A stretch of DNA of 64,000 nt. Origin: an uncultured Haloferula sp. (GTDB taxonomy: Bacteria; Verrucomicrobiota; Verrucomicrobiia; Verrucomicrobiales; Akkermansiaceae). The notes under the pieces are model-generated. The model saw only the letters and a program-made list of their open reading frames with translations. It was not told the origin of the DNA and did no database searches. The translations under genes and the position numbers were made by a program. The stretch spans positions 192,001-256,000 of the forward strand of contig CBFGTS010000004.1 in the NCBI GenBank assembly GCA_965652295.1. The letters are read 5' to 3'. Positions within the stretch are counted from its first letter, which is position 1. Each line of letters starts with the position of its first letter. Below, piece by piece: positions 37,126-47,229 of this stretch.

Positions 37126-39123
37126 TTATCCGTCCTCTGCCGGCGCGAACACCAGGGCGGTGCGCGCCGGCGTGTAGAAGGTGAGTTTCCCCTCCTCGTC
37201 CGCCGGGTAGGGGATGCTTGCGTCCAGTCGGTCGTGACCACCGAAGTCGGGGTGATCGGAATGCAGGACCAGCTGGTACTCGCCGGCACCCGGCACTGGA
37301 ACCCGGTAGCCGGGGACGGAGTGGTCGAAGGACCAGTTGAAGACGAAAATCAGGCCGTTGCGCTCGAAGACGAGGACCTTGTTGACGGGGTCGATGTTGA
37401 GACAGTTCACCGGCGAGTTGCCCGGCAGGTTGAAGCGCTGGCCGATGTCCTGCATGGCGCGATCGAACTCGTTGAGGAACTTGTATTTCAGCGCCGGGTT
37501 GTCCACCAGCGACCACTGGCGGCGGCAGTAGTGGTAGGACCAGCCATTGCCCTCGCGGGGGAAATCGAGCCACTCGGGGTGACCGAATTCGTTGCCCATG
37601 AAATTCAGCCAGCCCTCGCCGGCGGCGGCGAAGGTAACGAGGCGGATCATCTTGTGCAGGGCGATGCCGCGGTCGACGACCGGGTCGGGATCATCGACGC
37701 CCATGTGCCAGTACATGTTCTGATCCATCAGCCAGAAGGCGAGCGTCTTGTCGCCGACCAGCGCCTGATCGTGGCTTTCGGCGTAGGCGATGTTCGGCTC
37801 GCCATCGCGGCGGTTGATCAGCGTGTGCCACATCTCGTCGAGGTTCCAATCCTCGTCGCGGGTGTGCTTCAGCAGCTTGATCCAGTAGTCCGGCACGCCC
37901 ATGGCCAGGCGGTGGGTGAAGCCGATGCCGCCGTCCGCGACGGGCCGGCAGAGGCCGGGCATGCCCGACATGTCCTCGGCGATGAGGATGGCTCCGGGCC
38001 GGATTTCGTTGGCCAGCGAGGTGGCGAGCTGGAGGTAGAGAATCGCGTCCTCATCGACATCGTGGACGAAGTATTTGTCGTAATGATCGAAGGCGGTGGT
38101 GCCGCGGTGCCAGTAGAGCATCGAGGTCACGCCATCGAAGCGGAAGCCGTCGAAACGGAACTCCTCGAGCCAGTAGCGGACGTTCGAGAGCAGGAAGCGG
38201 CGGACTTCCGGGCGGCTGTAGTCGAAGCACTTCGAGTCCCACTGCGGGTGCTCGCCGCGGGCATCGGCGTGGAAATACTGCCCGCCCGAGCCATCGAGGT
38301 TGTTGAGCCCTTCGGAGAGGTTTTTCACCGAGTGCGAGTGGACGACGTCCAACAGCACCGCGAGGCCGTGGCCGTGGGCGGTATCGATGAGATACTTGAG
38401 GTCCTCCGGTGTGCCGAAACGGGACGACGGGGCGAAGAAATTCGAGACGTGGTAGCCGAATGAGCCGTAATACGGATGCTCCTGCACCGCCATGAGCTGG
38501 ATGGTATTATAGCCGAGCCTGGCGATGCGCGGCAGGACCGTGTTGGCGAATTCACGGTAGGTGTGGACGCGGCCCTCTTCGCCGGACATGCCGACGTGGG
38601 CTTCGTAGATGCGCGGGGTTTTGACCGTGGAGGGATCGAATTCGTAGCGCCACTCGTAGCTTTCCGGGGGCGACCAGATCTGGCCCGAGTAGTCGTGGGT
38701 GTCCGGATCCTGGATGGCGCGCAGAATGCAGGCCGGGATGCGGTCGCGCACGCTGCCGTCGGCCCCGGTGACGTGGAGTTTCGCGCGTTGACCGTGTTTC
38801 ATGGCTTCCGCCGGAAGTGTGGCCTCCCACACGCCGTGCTCTCCGCATTGGAGTGGATGGGAATCGTGGTTCCAGTCGTTGAAATCGCCGATCACGCTGA
38901 CGGCCCGGGCTCCTGGGAGCCACTCGCGGATGCTCCACGTGCCGTTGCGCTCCTGATGGATGCCGGTGAAATGGTGGCCGGAGGCATAATCCACGAAGCT
39001 TCCTCCGCCCTGGCGCTCAAGGTGGCTGCGGGTCGCCGTGAAGCGAATGATCCGGTCCTCAATGCGGCCGGCATAGGGTTCGAGCCAGGGGTCGTCCTTT
39101 ACCAGTTGGGGCACATCCTTCAT
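37126..39123 (-). CDS. glgB: 1,4-alpha-glucan branching enzyme
   Basis: IYEAHVG, QEHPYYGSFGYHV, FRFDGVTSMLY, IAED, YAESHDQALVGDKT, NFMGNEFGHPEW. Confidence 0.95.
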   Translation of the reverse strand: MKDVPQLVKDDPWLEPYAGRIEDRIIRFTATRSHLERQGGGSFVDYASGHHFTGIHQERNGTWSIREWLPGARAVSVIGDFNDWNHDSHPLQCGEHGVWEATLPAEAMKHGQRAKLHVTGADGSVRDRIPACILRAIQDPDTHDYSGQIWSPPESYEWRYEFDPSTVKTPRIYEAHVGMSGEEGRVHTYREFANTVLPRIARLGYNTIQLMAVQEHPYYGSFGYHVSNFFAPSSRFGTPEDLKYLIDTAHGHGLAVLLDVVHSHSVKNLSEGLNNLDGSGGQYFHADARGEHPQWDSKCFDYSRPEVRRFLLSNVRYWLEEFRFDGFRFDGVTSMLYWHRGTTAFDHYDKYFVHDVDEDAILYLQLATSLANEIRPGAILIAEDMSGMPGLCRPVADGGIGFTHRLAMGVPDYWIKLLKHTRDEDWNLDEMWHTLINRRDGEPNIAYAESHDQALVGDKTLAFWLMDQNMYWHMGVDDPDPVVDRGIALHKMIRLVTFAAAGEGWLNFMGNEFGHPEWLDFPREGNGWSYHYCRRQWSLVDNPALKYKFLNEFDRAMQDIGQRFNLPGNSPVNCLNIDPVNKVLVFERNGLIFVFNWSFDHSVPGYRVPVPGAGEYQLVLHSDHPDFGGHDRLDASIPYPADEEGKLTFYTPARTALVFAPAEDG

Positions 39124-39197
39124 CGGTGCCGAAGATGAAACGAGCTGCCCGCACAAGCAAGGGAGATGGCGAGATTGTGTGGAGTGCTCCGAAAGGA

Positions 39198-41273
39198 TCA
39201 CCGCAGTTTGTCTTCAAGAAATCCGCGTAGGTATCCCTCGGTGAGGAGGGTCTGGGTGATGTGCGGCGTATCGGAGCCCGGGGCGTAGAAGACGTTCACG
39301 GGGATGGCGCTCATGCCGAGGCGGCGGATTTCCTCGTCGATGTCCGGCCGGGTGGTGGTCTTGTCGGCCTTCAGCGCGACGATGTCGTGCTGGGCGAAAA
39401 ACCGGGCCATGTCCTCGCTGTAGGCCGCGGCCTTGTTCGTCTGGCAGGTGAGGCACCAGCGGGCGGTGAAGTCCACGTACACCGGCTTGCCCTCGGCGAT
39501 GAGCTGGTCCTGGAGTTCCTTGGTCCACGGCTGCCAGTGGATCCGCGGTTTTTCCAGCTCGGCGGCGGTCGGGGTGGGTAGCGGGCGGGCGGCGATGAAG
39601 CCGGCAAGCGCCATCGCCAGGGCCAGACCGCGGGCGGTCCAGCGGACGCTGGCCGATTTGAAAGGCAGGCTCCATCGTCCGTAGATCCAGAGCGCGGTGG
39701 CGATGGCGGTGAGGCCGAGCATGACCTGCACGCCCTTGGCGTCGAAGACGTGGGCGCTGTAAACCCACAGCAGATAGCCGGCGGTGCCCAGCAGGAGGAA
39801 GGACATGCCTTGTTTGAAGGACTCCATCCATGGCCCGGGTCGCGGCAGGCGGTCGACCAGCGCGGGGAAGGCGGAGAGTACGAGATACGGCGTACTGAGG
39901 CCGAGGGCCATCACGGTGAAGGCGAGGAAGAACAGCGGCGCGGGGAGGCCGACCGCGGCTCCCAGAGCCGGTGCGAGGAAGGGAGCGGAGCAGGGGGTGG
40001 CGACAACGGTCGCCAGGACGCCGGAGAAAAACGTGCCGGTGAGACCTTGTTTTCCGGCGAGGTTTCCGCCCACCGAGGTGGCGGAGGCTCCGACTTCGAA
40101 GACGCCGAACATGTTCAGACCAAAGACCAGCATCACGAGCAGCAGCACGTAAACGACCCACGGACTTTCGAGCTGGCCGCCCCAGTTGGCGATGCCGCCG
40201 GCGAGCAGAACGGTGGCGAGGATCCAGAAGGACACCAGGACGCCGAGGGTGAAGAGAATCCCGTGGGCGACGACTTTCGAGCGCGAGTGTCCGGCCTGTT
40301 GGACGAATCCCATGATCTTGAGGCCGATGACCGGAAAGACGCAGGGCATCAGATTGAGGATCATGCCGCCGAGGAACATTAGTCCGAGAATGACGGGGGT
40401 GGTCATCCCCGGGCCCTTCGCGGCCGGGGCGGGGGGCTCGGCGGGCTGCTCGATCGGGACATCGATGAACCAGCCCTTCTGGCCGTCGGCGGCACCCCAG
40501 CCCCGCCCGGCCTTGAGAATGCCCTTCACGCGGTTCGGGGCGGGATCGGTTTCCGGATTGCGGGGAAAGGTGAGCGTCCAGGTTTCACCCACCTTCTCCA
40601 GCACCTGCTCGGCGGCGCTGTCCTCGATCGAGTTCTCCCCGAAAAACCGGGCGTCTTCCAGCTCCATTCGCGGTTCATGAGGAACAAGCGTGAGAGTGAT
40701 CATGGCCCCATTTTGCGAAGCGCTCACCGACCACGGAACGTCCTTCGCGGGGAGATTGGAGCGGGCTTCCTGAAACGCGCCGGCCATGGCGGCCGTCGGC
40801 TCCGAGGGGCCGACCTCCAAGGTCAGCGAAAGCTCCTGATCCTCCGGCACGCAGGTCTCGTTGCAGGTGAGCCACGAGGCGTCGGCCTTGAGCGTGACCT
40901 CGCTGGCTTCGAGCGATTCCGGTGCGGTCAGGGTGGTGAGGAACCAAGTCTCGCCCTCGTAGCCGTAGAACGGAGCGCCGGCGAAGTTTCCGAGGACGGG
41001 AGTGGGAAATTGAAGCTCTCCGGCTTCGAATCCCTCCGGCAGCTCCCATTTCAGCGAGGGCGGAAAGCCGGCCTGACCGGGATTCACGTAGTAGGTGTGC
41101 CAGTGCTCCTCGTGGTCGAGAACCAGGGCGACATCGAGCGTCTGACCCGGCTCGATCGAGGGACGCGAGGGAATCAGGCGCGCCTTGACGTGCGGCTCGT
41201 CATTTCCTCCGAAGGGAAACTGGGCGGAGGCGAGGGAAACGAGGGCGAGGAAGAACAGGAACAGGCGTGCCAT
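39198..41273 (-). CDS. DsbD-family protein-disulfide reductase
   Basis: WHTYYVNPG, CNETC, LNLMPCVFPV, ATPCSAPFL, thioredoxin DFTARWCLTC. Confidence 0.9.
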   Translation of the reverse strand: MARLFLFFLALVSLASAQFPFGGNDEPHVKARLIPSRPSIEPGQTLDVALVLDHEEHWHTYYVNPGQAGFPPSLKWELPEGFEAGELQFPTPVLGNFAGAPFYGYEGETWFLTTLTAPESLEASEVTLKADASWLTCNETCVPEDQELSLTLEVGPSEPTAAMAGAFQEARSNLPAKDVPWSVSASQNGAMITLTLVPHEPRMELEDARFFGENSIEDSAAEQVLEKVGETWTLTFPRNPETDPAPNRVKGILKAGRGWGAADGQKGWFIDVPIEQPAEPPAPAAKGPGMTTPVILGLMFLGGMILNLMPCVFPVIGLKIMGFVQQAGHSRSKVVAHGILFTLGVLVSFWILATVLLAGGIANWGGQLESPWVVYVLLLVMLVFGLNMFGVFEVGASATSVGGNLAGKQGLTGTFFSGVLATVVATPCSAPFLAPALGAAVGLPAPLFFLAFTVMALGLSTPYLVLSAFPALVDRLPRPGPWMESFKQGMSFLLLGTAGYLLWVYSAHVFDAKGVQVMLGLTAIATALWIYGRWSLPFKSASVRWTARGLALAMALAGFIAARPLPTPTAAELEKPRIHWQPWTKELQDQLIAEGKPVYVDFTARWCLTCQTNKAAAYSEDMARFFAQHDIVALKADKTTTRPDIDEEIRRLGMSAIPVNVFYAPGSDTPHITQTLLTEGYLRGFLEDKLR

Positions 41274-41351
41274 GGGATCGGTGCTTTCCGGATAGAGACC
41301 CAACGCATGGCCACGATTCCCGAAAAGTCCAGCCTGCGCCCCGACGATGCC

Positions 41352-42383
41352 TCACACACGGTCCAGTGCCCGGGCGATTTCCCCAACCATCTTCGGACCG
41401 CGGAAGATGAACGATGAGTAGAGCTGCACCAGCGTCGCACCCGCTTCGATCTTGGAAAGCGCGGACTCCGGCGAATCGACGCCGCCGACGCCGATGATGG
41501 GCAACGCGCCGCCCAGTTCGGCTGCGAAGGCCCGGATGACGTCGTTGCTTTTCTCCAGCAAAACGCGTCCGGAGAGCCCGCCGGCTTCATCGGCCCGCGG
41601 GTGACCGGCCACCGCCTCGCGGCTGATGGTGGTGTTGGTGGCGATCAATCCATCCAGCCCTCCCTCTCGGAAAACCCTCGCCAGCCCGGCGATGTGCGGC
41701 GGGTCGAGATCGGGCGCGACCTTGAACAGCAGCGGGACCTTTTTTCCGTGCTTGATCTCCAGTCGGGCTTGCTCGTGTTTCAACGTTTCCAGCAACCGCG
41801 CACAAGCGTCCTCGCCCTGGAGGTCGCGCAGACCGGGGGTGTTGGGCGAGGAAAGGTTGACTGCGATGTAATCGGCCACCGGATAGGCCTCGCGCAGGCA
41901 GATGAGATAGTCGTCGGCCGCGTTCTCGTTCGGCGTGTCCTTGTTCTTGCCGATGTTGAAGCCGATCACGCCGCCGAAGGTCCTCGAGCGTCGCACGTTC
42001 GCCACGCCGGCGGCGATGCCGACGTTGTTGAAACCCATGCGGTTGATGATGGCCTCGTGCTCGACGAGGCGGAACAGGCGTGGTTTCGGGTTTCCCGGTT
42101 GTGGGCGAGGGGTGATCGTCCCGATTTCCACGAAGCCGAATCCGAGCCGTCCGAGCGCGTCGATCGTGTTGCCCTCCTTGTCCAAGCCTGCGGCGAGGCC
42201 GATCCGGTTGGGGAAACGGAGGCCCATCACCTCGATCGGTGCGACGCAATGCGGTGGGGGGAAGAGCAGCGGAAGCAGCCCGGATTTTTCCGCCAGCCGC
42301 AGTCCGCGCATGCTGAGGTCGTGGGCGGTTTCGGCATCGAAGCGGAACAGCACGGAGCGGGCGAGGGCGTAGGCGTTGGACAC
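41352..42383 (-). CDS. pyrD: Quinone-dependent dihydroorotate dehydrogenase
   Basis: GLAAGLDK, GTITPRPQPGNPKPRLFRL, INRMGFNN, NIGKNKDT, NLSSPNTPGLR, KVAPD, GGLSG. Confidence 0.96.
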   Translation of the reverse strand: MSNAYALARSVLFRFDAETAHDLSMRGLRLAEKSGLLPLLFPPPHCVAPIEVMGLRFPNRIGLAAGLDKEGNTIDALGRLGFGFVEIGTITPRPQPGNPKPRLFRLVEHEAIINRMGFNNVGIAAGVANVRRSRTFGGVIGFNIGKNKDTPNENAADDYLICLREAYPVADYIAVNLSSPNTPGLRDLQGEDACARLLETLKHEQARLEIKHGKKVPLLFKVAPDLDPPHIAGLARVFREGGLDGLIATNTTISREAVAGHPRADEAGGLSGRVLLEKSNDVIRAFAAELGGALPIIGVGGVDSPESALSKIEAGATLVQLYSSFIFRGPKMVGEIARALDRV

Positions 42384-42539
42384 GGGCGCGAGCGTGACGG
42401 ACGAGGACCGGATGCCAAATGAGAAATGGTGGATGACCCGCTTGATGGTCCCCTGGACTGGTCAGTTCTTGCGCTTTCGTTTGCGCCGTCCGCTCATGTC
42501 TTGGTCGGCGCGCGGGGTGGGGGTAGAGCGGAGGGAACC

Positions 42540-43514
42540 ATGAAGACCGTGTTTGTCTCAGAAACCTCCTTCGCCAAGGCGCGGGCCGCCTTCGAGGACA
42601 TCAATACGAGCCAGGTGGGGTTCCTCTTCGAGCCGGCACCGGATGAGGAAAAGCCGTTGGCCGGGTTGGTGAGAAAGCATGGCGTGCAGGGATTCATCGC
42701 CGATCTCTCTCCCTACAAGGGCCCGCTTTACGATGCGCTCGGGCGCGGCGGCGTCATCTCACGATACGGCGTCGGGCACGATTCGATCGATAAGGCCCGT
42801 GCCAAAAAGGCAGGCGTGACGGTGTGCAACACGCCGGGCGTGCTCGACAATGCGGTGGCCGAGCACGCGGTCTGGATGCTCGGCGCACTGGCCCGGCCGG
42901 TGGCGACCGCCTACGGCGAGATGCACCACGGCGAGTGGTGCCCGGCGCAGGGGATCGAGGTGAGAGGACGCCACGTCACGATCCTCGGCTGTGGCCGGAT
43001 CGGGCGCGCGCTGGCACGCAAGCTCGGCATCGGGCTGGACATGATCGTGACCGGCTACGACATCCTCGAAAGCCCCCATTTCGGGGAAGACAGCGGCATT
43101 TCCCGCTACACCAACTCACTCGACAAGGCGATCGCCGCGGCCGAGTTCGTGATCTGCCTGCTGCCGGTGCTCGACGCCACCCGCCACATCGCGAACGGTG
43201 AATTCTTTGCGAAAATGAAACCCGGCGCGCGCTTCATCAACTCGGCCCGCGGGGCCTTGGTCGATGAACCCGACCTTTACGACGCCTTGGTTTCGGGCCA
43301 TCTCTCGGGTGCGGCGCTGGATGTCTTCGAGCGCGAGCCGTATCAGCCGATCGATTCCGCCAAGGACCTGCGTTCGCTGCCTCAGATGATCCTGACACCC
43401 CACATCGGCTCGAACACGGAGGAGTCCAACGCCGCGATGGCCCGCACCGCGGCCGAAAACGTCATCACCTGCCTGACCAAGGGCCCGAAGGCCTGTCCCA
43501 ACCGAGTTTCCTGA
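42540..43514 (+). CDS. D-isomer-specific 2-hydroxyacid dehydrogenase
   Basis: GVGHDSID, NTPG..AVAE, GCGRIG, FINSARG, AALDVFEREP, TPHIG. Confidence 0.9.
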   Translation: MKTVFVSETSFAKARAAFEDINTSQVGFLFEPAPDEEKPLAGLVRKHGVQGFIADLSPYKGPLYDALGRGGVISRYGVGHDSIDKARAKKAGVTVCNTPGVLDNAVAEHAVWMLGALARPVATAYGEMHHGEWCPAQGIEVRGRHVTILGCGRIGRALARKLGIGLDMIVTGYDILESPHFGEDSGISRYTNSLDKAIAAAEFVICLLPVLDATRHIANGEFFAKMKPGARFINSARGALVDEPDLYDALVSGHLSGAALDVFEREPYQPIDSAKDLRSLPQMILTPHIGSNTEESNAAMARTAAENVITCLTKGPKACPNRVS

Positions 43515-43528
43515 TTTCCGCACCCATC

Positions 43529-44041
43529 ATGCCGGTCAAACCCCACTTCACCCTCGTCGTCATGGGAGTTTCCGGCAGCGGGAAATCCACGGTCGGCCGG
43601 CTGGTCGCCGATCGCACCGGTTCGGAGTTCGCCGATGCCGATGACTTTCATCCGCCTGCCAATCGCGAGAAGATGGCGGCCGGGATCCCGCTTGAGGACG
43701 CCGATCGCCAGCCGTGGCTGGAGGCATTGCGCGACCGCATCCGTGCGACCAACGATGCGGGCCGTACTTTGGTGCTGGCCTGCTCGGCGCTGAAGCGGAA
43801 ATACCGCGAGACCCTGCGCGAAGCCGGGCCGCAGGTGGCGTTCGTGTTTCTCGACGGGACGCGCGGGCAGCTTCTCGAACGCTTGCAGCACCGGCCGGGG
43901 CACTTCTTTCCCCCGGCGTTGCTCGACAGCCAGCTCGCCACGCTCGAAAGGCCGGAGACGGCACTTGTGTTGGACATTTCGGCTCCGCCGGAGGAGCTCG
44001 CGACGCAGATCCTGGTGCCGTTTTTCAACCGTCTACCTTGA
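43529..44041 (+). CDS. Gluconokinase (GntK/IdnK type)
   Basis: VMGVSGSGKST, DADDFHP..N..KM..G.PL.D.DR.PWL, CSALKR.YR, HFF..LLDSQL.TLE. Confidence 0.92.
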   Translation: MPVKPHFTLVVMGVSGSGKSTVGRLVADRTGSEFADADDFHPPANREKMAAGIPLEDADRQPWLEALRDRIRATNDAGRTLVLACSALKRKYRETLREAGPQVAFVFLDGTRGQLLERLQHRPGHFFPPALLDSQLATLERPETALVLDISAPPEELATQILVPFFNRLP

Positions 44042-44080
44042 TGACCGAAATGACCACGCTCGGCAGCCCGTAGCGAGGCC

Positions 44081-45274
44081 ATGAAGTGGATCATCGCAGG
44101 GCTCGCCTGCACGCTGGCTGCGGCCGGCGACTGGGAAGGGAAGGTCTTCTGTGGTTACCAAGGGTGGTTCCGTTGCGAGGGTGATGGCGGCGGCGTGGGT
44201 TGGCGTCACTACGGCGGCGGCGAAGCACCCTCGGTGGAAAACACCGGCATCGAGATCTGGCCGGATGTCAGCGAACTGGAGCAGCGGTATGAAACCGAGC
44301 TCAAGCACGACGATGGCTCGGTGGCGGAGGTCTTCAGCTCCATGGACGCGGGCACCGTGCGACGGCACTTCCAGTGGATGCGCGAGTATGGGATCGATGG
44401 CGCGTTCCTCCAGAGATTCGGCACCGAAACGCGCGATAAACGGATGCGGGCAACGCTCGACGGGGTGCTGGAGAACGTCCACCGCGCCTCGGCCGCGGAA
44501 GGCAGGGAGTGGTCGCTGATGTATGACGCCAGCGGCCTGGAGCCGGGTCAACTCGACGCGCTGCGAGCCGACCTCGATCATCTTCTTGGAACCGGGCGGC
44601 TCGATGTTTCCGCAGCGAACTACGTCAGATATCGTGGAAGGCCGCTGCTCACCACCTGGGGCATCGGTTTCAATGATCGCGGCACGGATTTCGACGAATG
44701 GAAGGTCTGGGTGCGGCACCTCCGCGAACGGGGGTTCGCGGTGATGCTCGGGGTTCCCTACTACTGGCGGACGCTGGATCGGGATTGCGTGAATGACCCG
44801 CGGCTGCACGAAGTGATCGCGATGGCGGATGTGGTCAGCCCGTGGGCCGTCGGGCGCTTCGGCACGCCGGCGGATGCCGCCCGTTTGGGTGAGGAGGTGG
44901 TCGCGAAGGACCTCGCGTGGTGTCGGGAAAAGCGGCTGGGTTATCTGCCGGTGGTGTTTCCCGGATTCAGCTGGCACAACCTCATGAAAGGGCGGGGCAC
45001 GCAGGCGGAGTTCGATCAGATCCCGCGGCGCGGCGGCAGATTCCTGTGGTCGCAGGCGGTGGCGGCGAAGCGGGCGGGTGTCACGGCTGTCTACGTGGCG
45101 ATGTTCGACGAGATGGATGAGGGCACGGCGGTGTTCAAGTTCGATCCGGATCCCCCGATCGGCGTGCCGTTTCTCCACGAGGTGGACGTGCCGGGAGACC
45201 GCTATCTCAAGGTCTGTGGGGCGATCGGAGCATGGCTGCGCGGTGAGCGGGATGAGAAATGGCCGGGTTTCTGA
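44081..45274 (+). CDS. Exported glycoside hydrolase, GH71/GH99-like
   Basis: Signal peptide; GYQGWF, HFQWMREYGIDGAFLQRF, SPWAVGR, PGFSWHN, AMFDEMDEGT. Confidence 0.8.
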   Translation: MKWIIAGLACTLAAAGDWEGKVFCGYQGWFRCEGDGGGVGWRHYGGGEAPSVENTGIEIWPDVSELEQRYETELKHDDGSVAEVFSSMDAGTVRRHFQWMREYGIDGAFLQRFGTETRDKRMRATLDGVLENVHRASAAEGREWSLMYDASGLEPGQLDALRADLDHLLGTGRLDVSAANYVRYRGRPLLTTWGIGFNDRGTDFDEWKVWVRHLRERGFAVMLGVPYYWRTLDRDCVNDPRLHEVIAMADVVSPWAVGRFGTPADAARLGEEVVAKDLAWCREKRLGYLPVVFPGFSWHNLMKGRGTQAEFDQIPRRGGRFLWSQAVAAKRAGVTAVYVAMFDEMDEGTAVFKFDPDPPIGVPFLHEVDVPGDRYLKVCGAIGAWLRGERDEKWPGF

Positions 45275-45354
45275 GGCGAGGCGGGTGGAATCCGCCGCCG
45301 CCGGGAAAATCATTGGGCAAGCCCGCGGGCGTGTGATTGCTTGGGCTCCTCGCG

Positions 45355-46269
45355 ATGCGCTGCTTTTACTCCCAGAATCTCGAACTCCAACTACCCTCGG
45401 GACACCCGTTTCCGATGGAGAAGTTCCGTGTTTCCAAGGACATGCTCCTGCAGGGCGGAATCCTGAAGGCGGAGGAAATCGTCGAAGTCGGCGGTGCGGA
45501 GTCGCATGTGTTGAAGCGCGTCCATGACGAGGCGTATCTGGGACGGATTTATCGGGGTCAGCTCGACATGAAGGAGCAGATCCGCCTCGGGCTGCCGGCC
45601 ACGCCCTTGCTGTACCAGCGCAGCGTCACCGAGGTTGAGGCCACCCGCAGGGCCTGCCACGCGGCGCTGGAGGAAGGCGTGGCGGTGTGTCTCGCCGGCG
45701 GCTCACACCATGCCTTCCGCGACCATGGGGAGGGCTACAGTGTGTTCAATGACGTGGCGGTGGCGGTGCAGGATCTTCAGGCGCAGCGCCCCGGAATCCG
45801 GGTGATGATCGTGGATACCGACGCCCAGCAGGGCAACGGCACGGCGGCGATCCTGGCGGAGGATCCGCGGGTTTTCACCTACTCGATCCACGTCGGGATG
45901 AACTCGGTGGTGAGCAAGGTGCATGGCTCGATGGATGTCGAAACGGTGCGCTACGTCGAGGGGGCCATGTATTTGAAGCAGCTCTTCAGCACGCTGGCCG
46001 CGGCGCTGGATACGTTTTCGCCGGACCTGGTCATCTGGGTCGCCGGGGCGGACAACCACAGCAACGACCGTATCGGGCAGATGTGGCTTTCGTTGGAAGA
46101 CATGCAGCGGCGTGACGAGGTGCTGCTCGGTGCCTTCCTGCGCAACCGCATCCCGGTGGCGGTGCTCTACGGCGGCGGCTACAACCGGGAGACGGAATTC
46201 ACCTCGCGGATCCACTGCGGCACGGTGGCGGTGGCGAAGCGGCTATCGGAAGCATTCAAGGGATCGTGA
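45355..46269 (+). CDS. Histone deacetylase family protein
   Basis: HPFPMEKF, GGSHHA, FNDVA, DTDAQQGNGT, AGAD, GGGY. Confidence 0.88.
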   Translation: MRCFYSQNLELQLPSGHPFPMEKFRVSKDMLLQGGILKAEEIVEVGGAESHVLKRVHDEAYLGRIYRGQLDMKEQIRLGLPATPLLYQRSVTEVEATRRACHAALEEGVAVCLAGGSHHAFRDHGEGYSVFNDVAVAVQDLQAQRPGIRVMIVDTDAQQGNGTAAILAEDPRVFTYSIHVGMNSVVSKVHGSMDVETVRYVEGAMYLKQLFSTLAAALDTFSPDLVIWVAGADNHSNDRIGQMWLSLEDMQRRDEVLLGAFLRNRIPVAVLYGGGYNRETEFTSRIHCGTVAVAKRLSEAFKGS

Positions 46270-47198
46270 GTTCGGAAACGAAAATCGGCGGACGGATCGC
46301 CCTGGTCGGTGCCGGGGCGGTGGGGCTCTACTACGGCGCGCGGCTGGCGCTGAATGGCGAGGACGTTTCCTTCCTGCTGAGGTCGGGCTACGACGCGGTG
46401 AAAGAGCGGGGGATCATCCTCGAAAGCGTCGATGGCGACGCGGTGCTGCGCGACGTTCAGGCTTTCCGCAAGCCGGAGGAAATCGGGGTGGTCGATTGGG
46501 TGATCGTGGCGTGGAAGGCGACGTCGAACGAACTTTTCGAGGAAGTGCTGGGGCCTCTGGTCGGACCGGGGACCACGATTCTCACGCTCCAGAACGGCCT
46601 CGGCAACTGCGAGCGGCTGGCGGAGCTGTTCGGGCCGGAGAAGATCTGCGGCGGGCTTTGCTTCGTCTGCCTCAACCGGATCAGCGAAGGCCACGTGAAG
46701 CATACGGCGGGCGGCAAGGTGACGGTCGGGGAATGGCTGCCCCAGCCGGGAAACCCGCGGGCCGAACGACTTGCGGCCGGTCTCCGTGCTGCGGGAGTCG
46801 TTTCCTCGGCGGTGGAGAACCTGCCCGCCGCGCAGTGGCGGAAGCTGGTCTGGAACGTGCCTTTCAATGGGCTCGCGATCGCCGAAGGCGGCGTGACCAC
46901 CGATGTCCTGTTGGCCGATCCAGAGATCGAGGCGGAGATCGTCGGGTTGATGCGCGAGGTCATCGCCGCCGCCAAGGCGCTGGGTTATGAGATCGACGAA
47001 GGCGTGGTGGATTTCGAGATCGGTCGCACCCGCCCGATGGGCCCTTACCGGCCTTCGAGCATGATTGATTTCGTCGACGGCAAACCGGTCGAATACGAAG
47101 CCATCTGGGGCGAGCCGCTGCGTCGCGCGAAAGCCGAGGGAGTGCCGGTGCCCATGATGGAGAAGCTCGCGGGAAGAATTCGGGAGAAGCTGGCTTGA
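46266..47198 (+). CDS. panE: 2-dehydropantoate 2-reductase
   Basis: GAGAVG, LQNGLG, WRKLVWNVPFN, SSMID...E. Confidence 0.88.
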   Translation: MSSETKIGGRIALVGAGAVGLYYGARLALNGEDVSFLLRSGYDAVKERGIILESVDGDAVLRDVQAFRKPEEIGVVDWVIVAWKATSNELFEEVLGPLVGPGTTILTLQNGLGNCERLAELFGPEKICGGLCFVCLNRISEGHVKHTAGGKVTVGEWLPQPGNPRAERLAAGLRAAGVVSSAVENLPAAQWRKLVWNVPFNGLAIAEGGVTTDVLLADPEIEAEIVGLMREVIAAAKALGYEIDEGVVDFEIGRTRPMGPYRPSSMIDFVDGKPVEYEAIWGEPLRRAKAEGVPVPMMEKLAGRIREKLA

Positions 47199-47229
47199 GT
47201 CGCGACTCCGGGTCTCCGAGACTCCGGGC

